From a virus: DNA of 61,688 bases. Every line of letters starts with the position of its first letter. The stretch's first letter is position 1. The position numbers were made by a program, and so were the translations under genes. Positions 32,801 to 41,800 of the stretch are shown here, piece by piece. Under the pieces are notes generated by a model that was not told where the DNA came from, did not search any database, and worked only from the letters and a program-made list of their open reading frames with translations. The DNA lies in IMG/VR virus record IMGVR_UViG_3300035541_000081, positions 1-61,688 of that record; one strand, 5' to 3'.

Positions 32801-35800
32801 TTTGGTCGAGAGTTATGCCTTGACCTGGGGCTTTGTCAATTGTTGAGGCAGAGCTATACCGTGGATCTGTCTTTGTTAAATCAAACCGCTTGGATAATGG
32901 AATTGGGTTCCCGTTATCGTCATATGTCACAGGATCAAGGAGCTTGTGATGGAGATGATTGAATTGAGGGTCATATCCAAGTCGATTCAAGTCAAGAACA
33001 TTAAATTCCGTATCTTTGCTTTTATTCCATAATTGTTGAGGAACATCTATTTTCGCAAGGCGTTTATTTACTTCTTTTTGTGAAAGAATCTTGTTGATCT
33101 TTACAGAACCAGAAATATACCACTTCCCAAGTTCTGGCCGATCCTTGAATAATGGGTTGGTCGCATACTCATAATAACCACCTTTAGGTATTCTACGAAG
33201 TCCGGACAATGTCTTGTTTATGCTTCCATCTTTGTTTCGCGCTGCCGAATCTAAATATTCTTGTTTGTAATTGTAATCTGCATCCATTTCAACTTCTGCG
33301 ATCACGGTGTCAAACTCATGCACATTTGGATACGAATACCCATCAGGCACTTCAGGTACTAATTTTTTCTTTTTATTATTAAAGACAGCGTTTCCGGCTT
33401 GTGGGAAGAAGGGAACCTCGCCGCCATGCCACCCAGGGCGATAAGCGACGCTTTTTATACTTTTCGTTGTTGGTTTCTTAATATATCCACGCTTAAACAA
33501 CTCTTGCCGGACCTCGTCATTGGGTATTTTTATTGAAACTCCAGTATCCGCAGGGATATATTCTCTGCCATTGTCCGCTGTGAAATGGTAGCCCCCCTCG
33601 GTTGCGTCCATCCATTGGTTTATTGGCAACTCATCTTTAGCGCCAACGAACATGGGATATAGCTTGCCGTCACGCATCCTGAATGCCTTATAGACCTTTA
33701 CTGTTTTTTTAGGAGGCGACGTTCTCCTGATGCTAAACCCGGTTTCGTTCGTTTTTTCAAAAATTGGCGCACCCGATTTTTCTGCTGCTTCATTCACCAG
33801 TTGTTGCGCAGCTTCCATATCTCCACGCTGAATAGCGTCAAAATATTTCTTGTCCAGGGTTTTAGTGTCCGCATTTTGTTTATCGTCTGAGGTTTGATAT
33901 CGTATATCTGGATTACTGCCGTCCCATGTGCCGGTATTGTAGATAGATTTTATTTGGGTTGGTTCAAGTACACTTAAAACCTCTTGGCCATCCTCTTTAA
34001 AAAGAACGCCATCATACCCCAATGCTTTTAACGCTACAGGGTTTTCAAAAAATAGATATTCATGCCTTGCGTTTAAAGCTCGCTCTGTTTCTATATCAAG
34101 ATAATTGTTGTAATCTCCTCCCCAGGCATTCGGAGTTTCTTTTATACTTTTATTAAAATCTTCTTTGGACTTTATTCTTCCTGTTTTTCTTAAAAACTCA
34201 GTAACGGTATCTATTTCCCCTGAGTCAGCAAGTTCATGTGGCTTGAATATGTTCTCCGCTCTTATATAAACAGGTTTTACATGCAACCCTGGGGCAATCA
34301 TTCTATCTCCATCTTGAAAAACCCCATCTTTTTGACGCATTGCGACTCTTGTCCCGAATTCTTCCGCAAATTTTGATGTGAAAGCAAAAGAGAACATGCC
34401 TGTTGGCGTGTCATTTTCCATATTTCTGTTTTTATCAAACACGGTAAATGGATATATTGTTGCATGATAAACCACCAATGGCTTCCCTTCTTCATCCACA
34501 ATCTCAGAGTTCTTGAACCATTTCTTAAACTCTTTTGAATCCGTATTCCGCTTGTCATTTGATGTGGTAGGGATCTTAACGCCATCGGCAACATCACCCT
34601 CCAGGGCCTCATAAACAGGCATGTTATTCTCATCCATAACCTCCCGGTAATCAACAACCTCCTGGTTCTCGCCCTGCTTGACAATGAGATAATGCCCGTG
34701 TTCGCCCTTGCGGTGTCCGTCAACCTCCCACGGCTCACCCTTATAATAAACCTCCGTGCCGACCGGTGCCCCCTGGGCCAACCATGACGGCGGGGCATCC
34801 GGGTTGCTTTCCAGATCCTGTTCGAGCTGGTCCAAAGACTCTTTTTTGTTCTTTAACGCCTCTTCCTGGGCAAAGGGTTCTTTGACAACTTGTTTGAATT
34901 TGTCCAGGGCGTTTGTTTCTTCTGAAACCTGCTTCCGGGCATTATCCAACATGCTGGGAAAGTTTCTTGTTAAAAAATCAATACTCCCGGTCGCAGGCTT
35001 TATCGGATAGGACAAGTCACGCTCCAGGGTGTATGTATTCCCTTGTCCAACCGACCCGGACACCATGATGTCAAACCCGCGATACGTCCCAATGTTTTTC
35101 TTTTCGGTAAGACGCAGGCCCTGGGCAGATAGCTTCAATGACAGTTTTTCAAAAGCCACATTGGCTTTCTGTCGCTTGGTGTATTTCTTTCCGTCAATCG
35201 TGATGGACCACGGCTCTTTTGACACGGATTGATAGTGCGACATGTCGGATTGCAGACCCTTGACCCGGTCTTTAAGGTTGGGTAGGCGCCGCCCTTCGAT
35301 ATCCTTTATCTTGTTTTTTGCATCAACAACCCCCTGGCCATGGGTTCGTTCTTTCTTTTCCAGCTTATCAATGTCTTTTTTCAACTTTTCACGGATTAAA
35401 ATCCGGGCATCCCCGGCAGCTTCGGAAAAGGAAGAGTTGATTTCATCCAAATCTTTGCTGACCAGGTCAACGGCATCCCCTTCAATGGACCGGACTCCCT
35501 CTTTGGCCTTCAAAAAGTCAGTGATCATTTTTTGTTTCTTGGCCAATACCTGCCAGCGTCTGGCATCGATGCTTTCCGTGATATAGCGGTATTCAAGGAC
35601 CGTGTTCCACCGGTTCCCCTGCCGATGGCCCCGGCCATTGCGCTGTTCTAATTCACCCGGCATCCATGGGGCGTCAAGGTGGTGCATGGCCCTTAAATTT
35701 TCCTGCATATTCGTCCCGGTCCCCAGGGTGGAGGTGAGTCCAATCACCACCCGGATCTCACCTGAATTGACCTTGTTGGCAATTTCCAGGCGTTTCTTTT

Positions 35801-38800
35801 TGGCAACCGAGCTATTGACAATGGCTATCTGCTCTGCCGGAATTCCCCCTTCAATGAGTTTGTTCTTCAGATCCTTAGAGGCGTTGAAGGTGTCCACCTT
35901 GAACTTGGCCTTTCCACCGGCACCATCACTTCTTGACCGGGTTGCCTGATCGTTGTAGCCCTTATCCATGAAAATGACTTGGCTGGCTTTTTCATGCTCC
36001 TGGTAGTGTTTCAACACATTGGTTACACATCTATTTATTTTATTCCGGGGGTGGTCGGACAACTCCTTGTCATATAGTCGTGGATCAAACCCGGCCTTGG
36101 CCGCATCGGTTTCAATGATCACCGGATTGCGGGGATCACCTGATTTCATGATGTCCCTGCGCTCTTTCCCGGAAGCGTCCTTAAAGGACTTGGCCCGGTC
36201 AACAAGCGTTTGTAGGATACCCCGCTGTTCTTCGGACATGTCAGCGACTTCATTCACCAGCTTTTTATACGGCCTGCCGGAAGGATTGCCTTTATCCACC
36301 CGACCATTCACCAACTCATCCCGCTCGGCGTCGGTCAGGTCTTTGCTGTGCAGATCCTTTCCGTTTTTGGTTTTCCTGGGCACGAATTCCGGCATGTCCT
36401 CAGCAAAAACAATGTCCATATATTGACCGGCAAATTTCCGAAGTTCGGACACGTTATGAAAGCCTGATAGCCTGGACACCATTTCATAGTCACCGCTGGA
36501 TGTCCGTTCAATGTCGGATTCAACAGAAGCGAAGGTATTGAACCAGGAATCCCAGGACAGCACGTCAGCCTTTTCCATCTCGTTCGACATGACATATCTC
36601 ATGTGATTGTAGATTTCGTTCAACGTGTTTGTGATCGGCGTTCCCGTGAAAGTATGAACCCCTTTGCCGTTGTTCTGTTCCTTGACATAGGAGGTTAAAA
36701 AATTAAGCCCGATGCTGCGCCCTGACGCTGTCGTGTTCAACCCCTTCACCTTCATCTTGGTGGACAGCGGCGGCTTTTTGAATTCGTGAACCTCGTCAAC
36801 GATAAGCATATCAACTCCGAGGCTTTCAAACGGGATCGCGCCCTCCCGGCTTGCGGCCTGGGACTGTTTTTCAATGTTCTGTATAATCCGGTTCCGTTGC
36901 TTCACCATCTCTTTTGCCGTTGTGGCGCCACGGATTTTTTTCAATGCGTCTTCATCATCAAGTATGTGCTCAATGTCAAACCCCTCATCGGCGGCAGACG
37001 CGATGGCTTCTTCCTCAAGGGACATGATTTCATCCTGGGCCAGGCGATCCAGTGTTTCGCGGGACAGCGTCAGTCGATCCAGTAGAGAGTGCGGCAGGAC
37101 GACGGCATCCCAATCATCATTGGCGATTTGATACAATTTTTGATCAATGGTTTTCGGTGTGAGGTTATCAATATATAGAACCTTTGCGCCCGGGTACATG
37201 CTTTGGATGTCATCGGCGACGCTGGCGCTGTTTGCATTGTGTCCCAGGATCAACGGCTTTTTAGCCAGGCCGTAACGCCTGGACTCAACCGCAATGCCGC
37301 CCATCGTGAACGTCTTGCCGGTTCCAACCTCATGTGCATACAGCCCACGGCCATTGGCAACCCCGCGCCATATGGCATTGACCTGGTGTTTCCGCAGGTT
37401 GAACTCAGACTCCCCCATTTGCAGCATCATGCCGTCAAAGGACAGAAATGATCCATCATAGGCCGGGGTGGCCCAGGCGTTCATGGTTTCATTATAATGC
37501 TGCTCCAGGGCAACCCGCCGGTCAACATCTTTCCAGATCCAGTCCTTTAACGCTTCGCGGAAGGCATCCACCTTTTCATTTGCCGCAGCAGACGCCTCCT
37601 GGTCAACAAATTCGTTGCCATCCTCATCCTTTGACTTGATGGTGATGGTCTGGCCGGTAAAGGCTGCCTTGAGGATTTTGGTGAAGCTGGCCCTTGGCGT
37701 AGCCCAGATGGTTTTCACTTCCTGGCGTCCATCAATCTGACCGGCGTCATCAAATTTGACGATCCACCCATTGTTTGACGGCGTGATGTGAATACCCTTT
37801 GCAATGTCTTCGGGCAGGTTTGCCGTCTCAGTGATGAACTGCTTGTATGTTTCCGACGGTATCCAGGCGGCCCCAAGGTTCGCTTCGATATTGAAATACG
37901 GGATATCATCCGGTATGACGGCTTCCAGGGATTTAATGTTTCGATCCATATCAAGGCCGTCTTCTTTGGCCGCTTTGGCTTCCCGTAGTTTTTCGCGCAC
38001 ATTCCCGGACAGATAGATATCTTTCACCTCAAAGGTTCCGGCAGGCGTTTCAAACACAGCGTCTTTTTTGATCAGTTCAGCCTTGACCGCCTCGGGCGTT
38101 GTCCCGGCTTTTTCTGCAATGGCTTCAATGTCAACAACCCTGGCAACCTCATTGCGGGTCATGACAAAGGCATCGGATATGGAAGGATTCTTTATTTCGG
38201 CCTTTTGCCGCTGGGTGGACGCGGTGAATATCTTGGCCGGTTCATAGACGGGGTTTTCTTTTGTTCCGGTATTTTTTTCCAGGGCGGCCATGGCCGGGGC
38301 CATCGGATCGCCTGCCCGGACAAAATGTTTTAACGCAAACGACCCGTTCAGGTTGCCGTATTTTTTAACGAAGGCTTTATAAAGTTGGTTTAATATAGTC
38401 CTGTGGTTCTCTGCTGTTTTCTCGCCGTTGCGCTCAGCGTCCAGGAGCTTCCCGTACCGCTCCCGGATTCTGACCAGGGATTTTAACTCGGCTTCCCGGG
38501 CCGCCGTTTTTTTCTCATCTTTAACGCTGTACTTTAATGTATCGTCAAGCCTTGCAAGCCGTTCGCCCCTGACGATGTAGAGCCCGTTGTCTTTTATGGT
38601 GACGCTGTTCTGTCGCTCGGTGGTGTTGTTCGTGATATAGTTGACATGGTCAATTTGCCCCCGTTTGGTGAAGATGTTTTTCGGCAGGCGCTCTGTCAAG
38701 CTGCTCAAGACATCTTCATATCCCCGCTTGCGCTCAACAATCATGCCTTCCCGGCCTTGTGTTGTGCCGTGGCCAATGGTCATGTTCCCGAGAACATTTT

Positions 38801-41800
38801 CGGGCTTGTGGGTCCAGTATTCGTTTACCTTGATCTCTTTGCCGTCAGCGGCTTTACCAAGGACAGTGTTTTCAAGCCAGGCCGCGTCATGGTTGACGGC
38901 TGCGCCTTCTGCCCGTTTTTTGAGGATGATTACGTCGGCCACGACCTTTGTCCCGGCATATTTTTGGAACGCACCGGCAGGCATACGAAATGCGGCAACA
39001 AGATCTGCGCGTTTTTCCATTTGGCGTCGGGCTATTTTCCCCACCTTGTCCATGGTGCCCGAAGCGGTGATCCCGACAACAAGTCCCCCCTCCCGGACCT
39101 GATCCAGGGCTTTGACGAAAAAGTAATCATGCAGCGTCAAGTTATATTTGTTGTATCGTCGATCGGCAGGTCCCTGTGCATCAAACGGCCAGTTGCCCAG
39201 CACCAGGTCATAAAATTCATCTGCGGTCTTGCTGTCCTGGTATCCCATTTGCTGGATGTTCGCCTCCGGGTATAACATTTTTGCCATACCTGCGGTGGTT
39301 TCATCCAGTTCAATCCCGGTTAAGTCGCTGTTTGATTTTAAGCCCTTGGGCATCAAACCAAAAAAATTACCGACTCCCATGGAAGGCTCAAGGACACGGC
39401 CCCCGTTAAACCCGAGTTGCTTAACGATGTCCCAGACAGCGGATACGGTTGGTGGGTCCGTATAGTGAGCATTTCTGATTGACCTTTGTGCGGATTCCCA
39501 GGCAGACTTGCCCAGGTGCGATCTTAGCCACTCGCCTTCTTTGGCCCAGCCGTCTTTATAGGTTGGGTTTTCAAATGTGCCCTGGAACAACTCCTGGCCA
39601 AAAGAGCCCCACCCGATATATGCGGCCATGGTGTCGCGTTCTTCTGCGGTTGGGCGACGGCCTTCATTGGAGACTTCATTGAAGACCTCAATGGCCTTTT
39701 GATTTTTCTTGAATCTGACTTTCGGGGTTCCGCCGATTAACGCCTCGGGGTCTTCAATGTGATAGTTTTCTAATACTCTGTCGGACTCTCCGGGTATTCC
39801 TGTTCCTCTGGCTCGTTCTGCTCCTCCGGGTCCATTATCATCCAGTCCTGTTCCGCTTGCATCTTCGCGTCCGAACTGTTCATCCCGGCGGCCCTCAGCG
39901 CGTCCCACTCCTCCATCATCTTGCATTCCAGGACGTAGGCCGTTTCCTTCAACAGCCCCTGGCGCTTCAGATCCGCGTACATCTTCGGGCGCTGATGTTT
40001 CCAGAGTGTTATCAGATCCTGTTGTTTCGGGCTCGACATTGCTGGCCAACACTCCGTCTCGTCCTCCTGGAATCGTTTCACCGTCTTCTTGACCCAGGCT
40101 TTGTATTCCTGGTCTTCCGTCATTTTCTTGGGATTCTTGGGACTGATCATCGTTGACCTCCTCTGTTGTGGGTGTGGGTGCAGGCGTGGTTTCATTCTCT
40201 ATTGCGTCTGTCCCCTTGTCAAGGGTGTTCGATTCGGTCATCCCCGCAGAATCAAACCCCGGGAAGTGTCGAACTCCTTCATAGAAAGAGCGCAGGTACG
40301 GCTTGACGGACTCGCCAACATCATTAACCATGGCCTTGGAATATTCTGCAAAGGTCCGGGCACCGGCTTCGACATGATACCCGGCCAACTGGATACCGGC
40401 CAGCATGATTTCAGGATCTATCCCGGAATTTAGCTGGTTGCCGGATAGCTTTTTACGGAGGACTTCCCGGGCCTTGTCGGCTGCGTCTTTGGTAAATACC
40501 TTGTTCTTTGCGCCGTAATCAGCCTTGTTTTCCGTGTCAACAGGCTCGAACTTTTTAAAGTCTTCCGGGAATCGCTCTTTCCCTGGCACACCTTTGAGTG
40601 TAAGCATCCCATTCTTTGATATGCTTTTAATTTCAACAGGGTCTTGTGACGCGAATGGATGTTTTTTAGAATCAATATCAAGGACAACCTTATCACCAAC
40701 CTTGAAGCCTTTTTTTGTCGGGTCTTCTTCATATGTTACTTCTTGTCGGGTTGAGGCTCCTGTTCTTCCGGGATCTTCATCGCGTCCTTGATCGCTCCTT
40801 GCAGTATCGCCCGTTTCGCTTCCCGGGACTCTTCCTTTGTCGGCCTGTTCTTCAAATAAGTTTTGCTGCTTGTCTTCGTACTTTTCATGTAAAAACTCCT
40901 TGGCGGTTTCAATTAGGTCTTTTGATGTTAACGTCTTCTTTGTACCAAACATTTCAGCTTGTGCCAAGTCCGCGATATACGCACGGAGGCGAACGCCTAT
41001 AGAATCAAAAAATTCACCAATTCGTTTTCCGCTCCTGATATTATCTGCCAAAAACTGAGCAATGGCCGTCACTTCTTCACTGGGGCCACCACCAAATAAG
41101 TCTCCCTGGTCAATTGTCTGGCGTAATTGTGCTTGTAGAGCTGTCCGACCGTTCCCCGCCTTAATGTCCGGATACTCTTTTTTTGCCCTGCGTAACAATT
41201 CAATGCCGTCAACGATATCATTGACAATGCCAATGTCGGCAAGATCCTTGTCAAGGCCACGCGCCTTCACGAAATTAGACGCCCCATTGGTCAGGCCGTT
41301 TAAGATGTTTTTAATGTCAGTGCTTGCTTCTTCCGCAGATAGCTTTAATAATTCGTCAGAGTTGTACGCTTTCTGGAACACGGCGGCCTGAACCCGGTCT
41401 ATCAACTGTTTATTGGCTCGGCCATCGTCTGTAATATATCCTGACCGTTCTTCAGGAGACATTTTATCAAGAAACAGATCAATAAATCCTTTATTCGTTG
41501 CAGCCATTAGGTTTCCGTCCTGGTCTGGCCTGAACATAGCCAGATCATCAGAGGATAGATTACCGGCATCCACTATGGCCTGCTCGGTTGAGCTCATCTT
41601 AGCAATGTCTGTTTCGTTTGCTTTTTGGGCAAAAGAAACGAGGTCGCCTATCTTTTCCGGGTCAACCACTCGAATCAAAACACCATCTGTATCGGTCCCA
41701 AAATTATCTGCATTTTGATCGAAATATTTTAAATAAGCACTAAGCTTATCGTTGGTTTGTGCTTTTCGTAAGGCCATCGTTCTGGCGTTGCCTGAAATGA

